Shown here: positions 25,581 to 38,499 of the stretch, one piece after another
How the letters are laid out: the number at the start of each line of letters is the position of its first letter
Position numbering within the stretch: the stretch's first letter is position 1
NCBI GenBank assembly: GCA_951406725.2
Contig: OX597822.1
Coordinates: forward strand, 57,536,001 to 57,600,000
Direction: 5' to 3'
Length of the DNA stretch: 64,000 bases
Origin: Octopus vulgaris
Taxonomy: Eukaryota
Notes under the pieces: model-generated
The model's database searches: none
What the model saw: only the letters and a program-made list of their open reading frames with translations
Told to the model about the DNA's origin: nothing
Translations under genes and position numbers: made by a program

Positions 25581-25960
25581 ATCATCATCATCATCATCGT
25601 TTAACGTCCGTTCTCCATGCTAGCATGGGTTGGACGGTTCAACCGGGGATCTGGGAAGTCAGAAGGCTGCACCAGGCTCCAGTCTTATCTGGCAATGTTT
25701 CTACAGCTGGATGCCCTTCCTAACGCCAACCACTCCGTGAGTGTAGTGGGTGCTTTTTACGTGCCACCTGCACAGGTGCCAGGGGAGGCTGGGAACGGCC
25801 ACGGTCGGATTGGTGTATTTTACGTGACACCGGCACGGAAGCCAGTCGAGGCGGCGCTGGCATCGGCCATGAGTCGGATAGTGCTTTTTACGTACCACCA
25901 GACCAGGGATCCTGGCTGGTTCAATTCAATTTAGATTTTGCTTGCCCCAACATGTCTTCA
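25581..25960 (-). mobile_element. RTE-LINE 3' UTR copy
   Basis: (CAT)n tail followed by the reverse complement of the 3' UTR at 38760-39133. Confidence 0.8.
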
Positions 25961-26623
25961 TATATATATATATATGTGAAATGTTTTAACATTACTTGGT
26001 GCTGATGAATGAGGATGAGAGTACAACATGTGTAGTGTATATGGTATATTTAAACTAAATTCCTTTCACACAACTGAAGTTTCACAGCATAGAAACTACC
26101 AGATGAGAACTATAAGTTGGTATAGATTTGGCATGAAATTGAAGCAGAGAAAACGAATTCAATTCAAATGAAGAAATCATTTGTCAGGTATTTGTTACAC
26201 AATTTAGAAACTTCCATGTGTCTTCAAGTTTAAAGCAGGTCATGTGGTTTCTTACATTAACTAGAAGCCTCTACATGGTTGCTTGATTTGTTATAGTAGT
26301 CAGTTATACAAATTATAATCTACTAAATAATAAAGATTTTTTTTTTTTAAATTGGATATATACTTGGAGACTCACAGTTGGAATACTTTTGATTACAATA
26401 CTGCTTGCTCAAGACTGATCCTGGACTAAATAATAACTAGTTTTAAGAATTTCCATTTTGCAAGATAGATTCACAGAAACACCAGAATAAGAGGTCAGAC
26501 AATGCAAAGCAAAGACTTGTGAATGGAGCACACAGAGGAAAAGCAATGGTGCATTATTTTGGGTGTTTTCACAAATGGTTACAGTTGACCGATTAATGCA
26601 ACAATATTAGTACAAATTCTTTA

Positions 26624-26840
26624 AGGCAGCAAGCTTGCAGAAACATTAACATGCCAGGCAAAATGCTTAGCGGTATTTCATCAGTCTTTACGTTCTGAGT
26701 TCAAATTCTGCCGAGGTTGACTTTGCTTTTCATCCTTTCGGGGTCGATAGATTAAGTACCAGTTGCGTACTGAGGTCAATCTAATTGACTGGCCCCCTCC
26801 CCCAAAATTTCAGGTCTTGTGCCTAGAGTAGAAAAGAATA
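26624..26840 (+). mobile_element. SINE, second family
   Basis: GTTCAAATTC B-box followed by GACTTTGCTTTTCATCCTTTCGGGGTCGATA. Degraded relatives at ~4600, ~22450 and ~54860. Confidence 0.65.
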
Positions 26841-27159
26841 GTAGTACAAATTCTCAAGTGAGTTACACTACTCACTGAACCATGACAAGTGTACTTGCAA
26901 TCTATAAGTTTGTTTCCATTTTGTAAATATTTTCAACTGATTTATTATAATGTAATAATAAATATATGTGAATAATGTACACAGAAACATCCTGAACTCT
27001 GAAAAAAGCCTAACCGAAATCTACCTGTTGTATTTCTCCTAGAAGGATCTCTATTTACCATTCTCATAAATTACCATGACTTTGATAGTTTAGTGGGAGC
27101 AAAAATTACAGTAGTCTCAAAATAATATGTTCCACAGGTGGATAGCTCTAAGTTCTGTG

Positions 27160-27193
<34 letters not shown>

Positions 27194-27897
27194 CTGGGAT
27201 GAAAGTAAAATCGTTTATGTTGTTTTGAATGCTAGGAATAGGATTTGAACTGTACATAAAGGAAGCTATTTCATTAAATACCTAATGTATAAACACTTCA
27301 GTTAAGCAACATACTAGTTGAAATCTGTAAACAAATCCTCAGTGATTTAGACATGCATTTTATGAAAGAGAGGAAGAAAAGCTAGAGACAAAGTAAAGAT
27401 ATATGAAACTTCAGTGAACCCTAGTAAAATCATTTGCACAGTGATATCATCTTGTATTTTTAATATCTTGGTATTTCTATAACACAAGCAATTTAACCAC
27501 AGGTTCATTTTCAGATTCTAGGCTTTTGGCCAGTTTCCAAGAAAGTTAACCATTCAGTTATAGACATATGTAAAATGGCACAGTGCCATTGGAAGGTTGG
27601 AAAATACATATAGCACACATGAATTACTTAGCAGACAGTAAAGTATTAAAGCAATTTTATGATTAACACGATACAAAACATAAGCAGATTAGCTTTTAAA
27701 ATTCAATAATTTATCCATAACTGCTGCTTGCATCAATAATATGGAATTAGGTTTTGAAAATAGAAAGCACATATGATGTCAAAGGAAGCAAAGAAGTCCA
27801 GAAATCTTTATTAATATGTAATTTTCTATGCCTGAACAGACTGTCTATATTTTAATTTGTGAAAGATAACATTTGACTATAAACAACATCAACATAC

Positions 27898-28517
27898 CCA
27901 ATTTGAAGCATGGCTACTTGACGGTCCAGGCACAGATGAAGAACTGGAGGCTTGGGCTTCATCAGAATCATCTTTGAGTGATGTGGATGCAGAGGATGTA
28001 GATGATGAGGATGATGATATTGATGAAGATGATGAGGAAGATGAAGGTTGAGATGCAGAAGAAGCAACAGTTTCTGTTTTGGATGAACTAGCATTGCTTT
28101 TGAGGTCTTGGGCAGAGTTTTGTGAGGTGTCACTTTCTGAACACCTTGCTTCTTCTACCTCATTATTTTGGAGTTCAGTTCGATCAGATGATATGCTACT
28201 GTCTGCAGCAGAGTTTTTAGCTTTGAATTCTTTTTCTGTATTAAGATTATTCTCATTATCTGCATGACCATTTGTGATTTTAGCAATGCTGCTACTGCTG
28301 GAGCTGACACCACTATCTGCCTCAGCATCATCATCAGATGCTTCTGAACCTAATTTCTTGGGTCGAATAGCAGGTGAATCAAATATCTTTTTCTTCTTGT
28401 TACCAACAAGTTGTTGTGGAGTGCCCTGTTTCTGATACTTGGCCACCAATTCCTCGATAGGAATGTTAGCATCAGCCCGAAGCATTTCTGCTTCATTTTC
28501 ATCATGAACGTCATCAT
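27898..28517 (-). CDS. PPM1G: PPM1G exon 4 (Ser-rich low-complexity insert)
   Basis: (D)DDVHDENEAEMLRADANIPIEELVAKY...SSHASNW. The start resembles the PPM1G EAxMxIEELLxRY segment. 620 nt, phase 1 to 0, GTATGT donor. Confidence 0.9.
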
Positions 28518-29505
28518 CTGAAGAGAAAAAAAAAACAACAGGAGATGACTAAAAAACCTATAACTAACTTTTGTGATAACTTTCATGCTCAAGTGAAGCA
28601 AACAAAATAAATATAAATTTATTGACATCAAGAATTTTTATAAACATTCAAGAGAATATGAAGTAATACTTTTCTGGAATATTCGCAAAGTGCACACACA
28701 AAGCTATAAATAATAGCATAAATATTGGATTGAAGAACCTTTTTGGATAGAAAAAGTTGAAAGCTGCCCATAGGACTCAAACTCACATTTCCTGTAGTTT
28801 GAAAAATACTCTAGGTCTTCTATTTTAAAATTTTAATCCAAAATTCCTTTCAAAAGAAGTATTATCAAATCCTGCTACTCCTTACTAAATTGAATTGTAT
28901 AAAATACAAGATATTAGAAAACTTGAAGTATAGTTTCACAAGGAATAAGAGTCACCGCTAGCTGGTAATTCATAAAGAATTACTGTTGCTGTGTTGTGCA
29001 AAAACATAACCCTTGAGAGCCCAAATCCACTTCATGTAAAGAATACATTTATAATAAAAAAGTACCATGGTAAAGAATACATTTATAAATGCTAGCATTG
29101 TATAATTGGATTATGGTGGCTGGACACCAACAGACTAATTCAACTTAGATGCAATACAGGAAGCCAGAAATTTCAGTGATGTAGTGCCACACATTAGCCT
29201 ATCTTTTCTACAAATAACTAGCTCATAAATTAAAAGCTGTGATTATAATTCATAGATATATGTAACTGTAATTTGCACCAGATAAGATAATGTCGATAAC
29301 TTTGGGTTTCTTTCACTAATCAAATTTTGTGAAGAACCTATAATTCATTTAAGAACCTATAATTCATTTAATTCAATATCAGTATATTACTGGTGTTTGT
29401 TTATCAACTCTCAGTAGGATTTAAAGTCAGGTAGCAAATTGATATGCTATTAGTAGCTGACCAAGTTCAAGCTGAGTAAAGAAAATAACCTCTACTCCAA
29501 TGTTA

Positions 29506-31578
29506 AGAGATCTTAATTTTACCTAGGTAAGCTATTCAAGTCAAAAACTAGAGCATAATTTAATAATAATACATAAAAGGCATTCTACTGCAAAGAGGTG
29601 CAATGGCCCAGAGGTTAGGGCATGGTTTTGATTCCCAGACCGGGCGTTGTGTGTGTTTATTGAGCGAAAACATCTAAAGCTCCACGAGGCTCTGGCAGGG
29701 GGTGGTGGCAACCCCTGTTGTACTCTTTCGCCACAACTTTCACTCACTCTCTCTTCCTGTTTGTTGGGTAACGCTGCGATGGACTGGTGACCCATCCAGC
29801 TGGGGGGAATATATACGCCTCAGAAACCGGGCCCATGAGCCTGGCTAGGCTTGAAAAGGGTGCATAAATAAAAATAAAAATTCGACTGCAAGGTTGAATC
29901 ATAAAACTCAGTTAATATAAGAGAAATTTTTTTAAATGGTTGAAGGCCCAAAGTCAGCAAATAGGTATGTGTGTGTCACAAACTACAGGCACACACGCAC
30001 AATCCAACAGAGTAAGACTGTAAACTTTGGATATAAATATATATATGCACACACACACATATACATATGTACATGCATGTGTATAGAGTGAGGTCTATAC
30101 TTTGGGGAGTACAAAAATCCACAATGTATGAGGTATCATTTCAGACAAAACTTTATTCAAAACTAGCTGAAGACTCTAGAATATTTGTGGCAATATGTGT
30201 AAAAAGAAAAAATGTCCATTATTGATTGTCAAAATTAATGATTGGATTGAAGCAAAACTCCCCTTTCAAGTGAAGCAGCAGACAACCAGACCTCACTGTA
30301 ATCAAGATGGTCTAATATGAAATATTTTATACCTTTTCTACAACTTAATTGCTACAAAATAAACATAATAGTTAATTCTAATATTCCTTTGTCTTTTGTA
30401 AATTACCACAATTATAACAAGAATTTTTCATTCAAAATTTTCAGTGACCTAGAGACTGAATGAAGTTTTTGTGCATCTGTTAAAACAGCTTTGATATCCA
30501 ATCCATGTTAGCATAGAAAACAGATATTAATTGTTGATTAGAGATCTTAATTTTACCTAGGTAAGCTATTCAAGTCAAAAACTAGAGCATAATTTAATAA
30601 TAATACATAAAAGGCATTCTACTGCAAAGAGGTGCAATGGCCCAGAGGTTAGGGCATGGTTTTGATTCCCAGACCGGGCGTTGTGTGTGTTTATTGAGCG
30701 AAAACATCTAAAGCTCCACGAGGCTCTGGCAGGGGGTGGTGGCAACCCCTGTTGTACTCTTTCGCCACAACTTTCACTCACTCTCTCTTCCTGTTTGTTG
30801 GGTAACGCTGCGATGGACTGGTGACCCATCCAGCTGGGGGGAATATATACGCCTCAGAAACCGGGCCCATGAGCCTGGCTAGGCTTGAAAAGGGTGCATA
30901 AATAAAAATAAAAATTCTACTGCAAGGGTGGATTATAAAACTCAGTTAACAATAATATAAGAGAAATTTTTTTAAATGGTTGAAGGCCCAAAGTCAGCAA
31001 ATAGGTATGTGTGTGTCACAAACTACAGGCACACACGCACAATCCAACAGAGTAAGACTGTAAACTTTGGATATAAATATATATATGCACACACACACAT
31101 ATACATATGTACATGCATGTGTATAGAGTGAGGTCTATACTTTGGGGAGTACAAAAATCCACAATGTATAAGGTATCATTTCAGACAAAACTTTATTCAA
31201 AACTAGCTGAAGACTCTAGAATATTTGTGGCAATATGTGTAAAAAGAAAAAATGTCCATTATTGATTGTCAAAATTAATGATTGGATTGAAGCAAAACTC
31301 CCCTTTCAAGTGAAGCAGCAGACAACCAGACCTCACTGTAATCAAGATGGTCTAATATGAAATATTTTATACCTTTTCTACAACTTAATTGCTACAAAAT
31401 AAACATAATGGCTAATTCTAATATTCCTTTGTCTTTTGTAAATTACCACAATTATAACAAGAATTTTTCATTCAAAATTTTCAGTGACCTAAAGACTGAA
31501 TGAAGTTTTTGTGTATCTGTTAAAACAGCTTTGATATCCAATCCATGTTAGCATAGAAAACAGATATTAATTGTTGAT
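29506..31578. repeat. Direct tandem duplication, unit ~1034 bp (29506-30539 and 30540-31578)
   Basis: Near-identical copies differing by about ten substitutions and a 6-nt indel. Each contains a SINE (~29596-29880) related to 62660-62910. Confidence 0.95.
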
Positions 31579-32452
31579 GATTACATGTGAATAACTGAAG
31601 CACATATATTCTATAGTTGGATAGACATTTTTTAATAATAAAACAAATGCTGCAGGCATAACACTTCTATACCACCATCTTTATTAAAAAAAAAAAAAGA
31701 ATGGATAATGATATAGAATATTAGAATCAATACAGAGCAGAAATAATGTGCTAGAGGATCCTTAGAATGCGCTGACATTTATTTCAACTAGTGCCAAAAG
31801 TGCCCAATATCCGTGATTTACTCAAGCTCCCTAAAATCATAGTCAAATCTTCTTCAAATCACACACTTGAAAAATCAACCCTTTAGCATTCTTTCTAGTG
31901 TAATTACTCTATCAAGTGTAATTCATATTTATTTACATTGTTTTGAATTAACCATGCATTCATCTTGTAGCTTCAAGATTCCAAATATGTGACTGTTTAT
32001 TTTCAGAATGACATAGTAGGTAGGTGTGAAAGGCCAAATCTGGCCAGTTTGGACATAAAACAGGTAGAATATATGGGCCAGATATGGCTAGTTTAAATAT
32101 GCACTGTCAGAAAATAATAGTAATAAAACATGATGGACAGAACTGGAAAACCTTTGATCATCAGAAAGAAAGTCAACTTCAGACCAAAATTAATATACAA
32201 TTATTGCAACAGTTACAATACTTTACATCATAACAAGTAAGCTCCCACAAGGAAAAGGAAACTGGATGTTATTCTTTTTCATTGAGCAAACCATGTTTCT
32301 CAGCCAGCGTACTTTTAAATGAAATAGTTAAGTGCCCTTATAACTAGGTTTCTTTCAAAATTTTAATCAAGAAAATACGGGAACCGGTATTAAGGAAGGA
32401 TAGGAAAATATTAGATTTATAAGCCTTTAAAATTTACTCCATCATTGTCCAC

Positions 32453-32682
32453 GAGTATATGGTGTAGTGGTTAAGAGCATGGGCTACTAACCCCAAGATT
32501 CCAAGTTCAATTCCAGGCAGTAACCTGAATAATAATAATAATAATAATAACATACGAAAAATACCTTAGCAATGGGAACCCAGTATCGAAATTAACAATA
32601 AACAAGATGAGGACAAATATCCGTCAAATGTAAATAATCAAATAATGTACATAATTTTGCATCTCTCAAATATAGAACTGTA
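32453..32682 (+). mobile_element. tRNA-headed retroposon (SINE-like) with (AAT)n
   Basis: A box TGGTGTAGTGG, anticodon-like arm and B box GTTCAATTCC, but no pairing acceptor stem. Confidence 0.6.
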
Positions 32683-33179
32683 TTAAGAAAATATAAGCTT
32701 TGTGTGAAAACAACTAAATGACTGTAAAACAATGTGAACTTTGTATGTTTGTAACCATGACACTACCACTTTCATATCATATCAAATCAAATCATCTATT
32801 AATTAGCAGTTTCAATCTCTTCTGATTTGTCTGTCCCATTAAGGAAAGTAAAACTGATTGCATTGGCCATTGTATACTTACTTAGAGAGTTACCTTTCAC
32901 ATGACAGGTAATATTGAGAATACTTTTGCCACCATTGGTAGAAACATATAATATTAGTTAGTTGGTGGTTCAACACTTATCTTTTACCTTTTACTTACTT
33001 CAGTCATTAGACTGCAGCCATACTGGGTCACTACCTTGGAGAATTTTATTTTAATCAAATAAATCGACCCAACTACTTCTTTTCTTTCTAAGACTGGTAC
33101 TTATTCCATTGGTCTCTTTTGCCGAACCACTAAAGTTACAGGGTCAGAGGGGACAAACACAAATACAGAAATATATATA

Positions 33180-34475
33180 CAGGGTGCGATGGGTAAATTG
33201 ATGCCATTTTATATTTTTAATTTTGTGCATGTGCATTGTTTGTTTTTGATTTTGTTGACTACACAGTATAGTAGTGTCAGGTGGGCACTGTCTGTCAGAA
33301 AAACAGCACCATGACACAATTCACTCTGCCAGAAATTTGGAAACAACATACTATACTGCTTGGCATTTGCACCAGAAGCTCCAATATGAACATTTCAGAA
33401 TGTTTGGGTGTCAAATGTGAGGACAGTGCAGAGGAATTGGGAAGAGTTGGATGAGTCTAATGGTAATTACGAAGATACAGCAGCTCAGAGAACTGACTGA
33501 TCATTCTGATAAGAAAGGAACTCCTGAATTTGTTGGTGAGATCCAAGCCATAACTGACAACAATCCCTCCAAGTCAATGAGGGCCATCACCAGGGACATG
33601 GGAGTGTCTGAGTTTCTTATCATGCAGGTAGTGCATGAAAACATTTGGTATCTGTCATACAAGATGTGAAAGGGCCGATTTTTATCCCAAGTCATCAAGG
33701 ACAAAAGGAAAAGCATACCACAAAGCTTTTGAACAAACTCAAGCAATCCCTCCAACCGAACATGTTTTCATTTTTCTCAGACGAGAAAAATTTCTGCCAG
33801 GATCAGATAGTGAACACATAGAACAACTGTTGGCTTGCCATGTCCGCCAAACATGTACTGAGAGTGATAAAAAGCAAATATCCAGTCAACATCATGTGTT
33901 TGAAATGATTACTAGTGATGGCAATGTTGTGCCTCCATTCATCTTCCCACATGGCCTCAAACTCAACACAGATGCCTACATCAAGTGCCTGGAGGAGGTA
34001 GTCTTGCTCTGGGTCAAGAAGGTGGCTACTGGAAGACCCTATGTCTGGCAACAGGACTCTGCACCATACCACACAAGGAGAACCCAGTCACGACTGTCAT
34101 ACAATTTCTGCAATCAATACACCCCTAACATGTAGCCACACAACTCCCCACACTGCAATCTCTTTCATTATTATGTGTGGGGCGCAGTTGAATGAGACCA
34201 ACTAAACTCCTTGTAACACCAAAGATGAACTGAAGACAAGGATTATTGCAACATTCACCAACTTAAACAAGGAGACCGTTCAGAAGAGTTGCAGGAGATT
34301 CCAAAGTCGCCTGGAGGTAGTGGTTGAAGCCAATGGCGATTTTATTGAATAAATTTACTCTTTAGTATTTCAAGATATTTCTATGTAATCTTGGTAAATA
34401 TATCTGTTAAAATGAGATGTAAGTATTATTTTCATTTTTGCATAATTTAGATGACAATTTATTCACAACACCCAA
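33180..34475 (+). mobile_element. Decayed Tc1/mariner-superfamily transposon (maT/DD37D-like), ~1.3 kb
   Basis: Imperfect TIRs (CAGGGTGCGATGGGTAAATTG / CAATTTATTCACAACACCCAA) in TA context. Transposase pseudogene ~33311-34352 with WQQDSAPYHT and PNSPxCN..YYVWG-like motifs. Confidence 0.8.
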
Positions 34476-36171
34476 TATATATATATACATACAGACACAC
34501 ACATATTAGCTGAAAATCTGCACTCCATGTGGACTTTTAAGGTAGCTCTCACAGAGGGCTAATTGGGCCTGTGGCCCAAAACTAAAGAGATCAATAATAA
34601 GAAAGCATTTATTGGTACCCTACCAGTAGGATATTACTTTAAATTCAGTTTAAATGAAAAACTTGTAAGTTCACAAATTTTTTAAAATTTGGATTTTCAA
34701 CTGTCAGCATATAACAAATACTCATCCAGACCTGATCCCAATGCTGGATGTTCAAGAACCAAATGAAAAAGCATTTTCAATCCCTGGATCATTCTAATTC
34801 CAAAAAAGTATGTCTATGTAGAACAAATGTAGACTGAGATACAAGGGTCCCAGACAGAATTTCCTGTTACCTTACTTGAAACAAGTGAGGGTTGGTGACA
34901 AGAAAAGCATCCATCATCATCATCATCACTTAATGTCTGTTTTCCATGTTGGCATGCGTTGGACAGGAGCTGGTAAGCTGAAGAGCTGAACCAGGCTCTG
35001 ATTGTTTGTTTTAGCATGGTTTGAGAAACTGGATGCCTTTCCTAATGCTTTATACAGTGTTTTATATGTGGCACCAGCATAGAAAATCTGTCATAACAAA
35101 TTTCCATCTGACCAGTAAAAGCATGGAAAAAAAGAGGCTAAAATGGTGATGACAAAGACATCACAACACTGTCATGAAGAGAAATAAATATAACTTTTAA
35201 CCCTTTAGCATTCAGATGACTGTCAAATGTAATGCTTAATATATTCACATTGTTTTGAATTAATCATGCATTATCTCATAGCTTCAAGATTTCAATGATT
35301 TTTTTTTTTTGTCTTAGAATAATAATGTAGGATAGGTGAGAGACCCCATATATGGCTGATTCAAACGTAAAAGAAACTATTTTGGACAGATATGGCTGAT
35401 TTAAATGCTAACAGGTAAAAGTAAAATCAACTGCTATGATACCACAAAGCTAATCCTCTGACAAACTATAATGGTAAATATTTGTTTGAAAACTGAAAAA
35501 ATTCTCAACATAATTATTCATAAAATAAACAAAATCAACACATGGCAATTTTACTGAAAAGCTTCAAAACAAAATTTAATGTTGAAGGCTTAAAAATATT
35601 ATAAAATCATCTATTTTTGTATTAGAGCAGACTGGATGTTTTGTAAATTCATTTATTTGGATGAATTATTGGAGCTAATGGTTTATATCTCATAGCACTG
35701 ACTTCACAACTGTATTATTATTGTCCTTATTTCATCAAGGACAGTTTTTTGCTGCAATGCCAGTTGGGCCTTTGTCAACAGAATGAGTAAACAAAACAGT
35801 CAAAACATTAACATGCAAGTGAGAGGAGCCAACCAAGCTGAAGGAACCAAAAAGAGAAAAATATTAATTGCTAAATGTAAAGTAATGACCATGGTAATTA
35901 GAAGTCTAACCTGCTACTTTTAAATTACACAGCTACTGCCAAAACATCTATCTAACGCAGTTATTAGAAACTGAATTTTATTAAAGATCTTATACCTCCT
36001 GAATGATATGACTGAAGACAGGTCTATATAACATGTATATCATGAGCTATTTATAACAAAGCTGGAATAAAGGTCAATACCAGAGATGAAATATTATACT
36101 GCATCATGAATACACATATATAATATGTTGCTTAAGAGAAACAACTGGAGGAAAGAGGATCTATAACAAAC

Positions 36172-36252
36172 CTGCCGCATAGGTACACATTGACGATGGC
36201 GTATCGTGGTAGAACCCCGGGTTTTGTGTATTTGACTTTGGACAGGTTTTTC
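36172..36252 (-). CDS. Candidate in-frame 81-nt cassette exon of PPM1G (intron 3)
   Basis: Minus strand: ttctttttgtttctatag|GAAAAACC...GCGGCAG|gtttgt. Symmetric phase 1, no stop, reads (G)KTCPKSNTQNPGFYHDTPSSMCTYAA. Confidence 0.5.
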
Positions 36253-38008
36253 CTATAGAAACAAAAAGAACGTTATGTATCACTAAGAGGAAACTCTCAA
36301 GAGAAACCAACCCAGAATATGATTTTAAAAAATATAATAATGTACATAGAAAGGCATAGGACCAGGAAAATTACTGACAAACCCTTAGCTATGAAGAAAA
36401 AGAAATTATCTTATTTTATTTATTGCTTTTTAAATAAAATCGGTGACATAAAAAAGGACTTAGTTGGAGCTGAAGACAGGAAATAACTAAAAGATGTCTT
36501 AAATAGTCAACTTTACACCAAGATCATTAGAATAGCAAGGAAAACAAAAGCACACAGGCAAGTAGCTCAGAGTGGGAACTGAAACAAGATTGCAAAGCTA
36601 ACCATCACAAAGTGAAAATGATAAACAAAAATACCTCTGCTATGATTAAGCGACAAAACAATTTGTATTTAGTTATAATGTCAATACTCCTATAACACTC
36701 TAGAACTTCCACAACAACCAAAGTAAAAATACACTGTTGACAGATATGATTCTTATAGAATTGGCAAAATTTTCTGACCATGGTAAAAATATGTTATTGA
36801 AAGATCTGACTCTACCAAGCTGGCAAAACTTCATGATACATAGTCAAGAGATGTGGGTCAACAGAAGTGTCAAAACTACACAATCATAGTAACCCACCCA
36901 CCTACCCCCAAAATAAATAAATAAACAGTGTGTCAGATTTGAAACTAATTTAGGATTTCTAACTTTGAAACAAGCCTCAAAATTTGGGGGGAAGGGTTTA
37001 CTTGAAAGGTACTGTGATGTAGCTTGTCTAACCCAAGCCAAGAAAGATGAAAGGCAAAGCAGAACTTAGTAGAGTTGAAATCAACATGTAAAAAAAAAGA
37101 AAAGAAATAAAATAGAAACTGTCAAAACTAAGTTAACAAACCTTGTGTAAGGAACAGTATTACTGTCAATACACCATCTCCTTTATTTAACTCAAAACTG
37201 AAATATTTGACCCTTTTCTTACCATATTTCTGAAATCCAACTTTGCTTCAATAAATTTTTTAAACAAGGAACAATTCAATAAAATAATTTTGTCAACATT
37301 AAAGTGGGGCTTGCAACATAAATTAGCATGAAATTTTGATGAAAAATTTTAATTTAGATCACTATAAAACAGAAAGTTTATGTCCTAGAACCAGGGACTG
37401 TTTCAAGTAGTTTGTCACTTATGTGTCTTTAGCTGCAGGTCAACTATGATCAAGCAGGCTCAATGTATGATCAAAAATTCCAAGCAGGAACATCTCATCA
37501 CTTTGAGCAATGTATAGGATTACATTATACAACATGTTCTGTCTTTATAGAAGATAGTAGAGTGTGATCGGAGAGAGATTTGGTGGCTAGTTCTTGCAAA
37601 TCAAGCACCCATGAAGAGACGCTCTTGTTGGCCTGTCTGGAGAGCTTGTAAAGGACATGGGTATGTCTCCTTCACCCAGACTGATTCAATATATGAATAT
37701 CATGGTCTCTCCCATCATTAGACAATGTATGAGGGTTTTGCAATTTCTTGCTGAATAACCAAACAGCTGATTTGCTTATAGTGATCAACTACTTGTGTTC
37801 ACATTAGCTCATTCTCTCCATCAAATCAATATTAATTGTACAAGTATGTGATTTACATGTCAGATGATGAAATGGTTGCAGAGCAACACGAAATGAAGTG
37901 TTTTGCTTAAGAACACAACATAAGGCCTGGTCTAGGAATCAAAAAAACAACCTAGCAATTTTAAGCGCAAAACCCTAACCACTAAGCCATATACCACATA
38001 TATATATG

Positions 38009-38040
<32 letters not shown>

Positions 38041-38291
38041 CGTGCAGGTGGCACGTAAAAAGCACCCACTACACTCGCGGAGTGGTTGGCGTTTAGGAAG
38101 GGCATCCAGCTGCAGAAACACTGCCAGATCAGACTGGAGCCTGGAGCAGCCCCTGGCTCCCCAGACCCCGGTCGAACCGTCCAACCCGTGCTAGCGCGGA
38201 AAACGGACGTTAATCGATGATGATGATGACGACAACAAAAGAATGAAAGAGACCTCGATATCATGTAAATAGAGGAATTTATCTGTAAATG

Positions 38292-38482
38292 TAATATGTG
38301 ACAATTATTTGGTAGCCATGATAAAACTCCGAGTTTCGGATGCCGGGGTGCAAATCCACGCCACCATCTCTTCAGTTATCTGGCCATCTGATGGATAACT
38401 GAAGAGATGGTGGCATGGATTTCCACCCCGGCATCCAAAACTCGGAGTTTTATCATGGCTACCGAATAATTCTCACATATTA
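38292..38482. repeat. Foldback with 89-bp arms and 13-nt loop (probably Penelope-like element derived)
   Basis: 38292-38380 versus 38394-38482, 5 mismatches counted by eye. Confidence 0.93.
38313..38386 (-). ncRNA. Type I hammerhead ribozyme-like motif
   Basis: Minus strand: uggcca-GAUAA-CUGAAGA-gaug...cauc-c-GAAA-cuc-g-gag-UU-UUAUC-a-uggcua. Both core boxes are intact, helix I is GAUAA/UUAUC and helix III is near-palindromic. Confidence 0.6.
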
Positions 38483-38499
38483 TATATATATATTGTATT

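Noticed and set aside
27852-28267. Overlapping His-rich (27852-28133) and antisense (28079-28267) ORFs
   Set aside because: These are alternative-frame by-products of the TCA-rich poly-Ser coding sequence in PPM1G exon 4.
29541-30829. Two identical 84-aa ORFs as a duplicated small gene
   Set aside because: They are antisense readings of a SINE inside the 1.03-kb tandem duplication.
32453-32526. Functional tRNA gene
   Set aside because: A and B boxes are present but the acceptor stem does not pair, and the sequence runs into (AAT)n and a repeat body, as expected for a SINE head.
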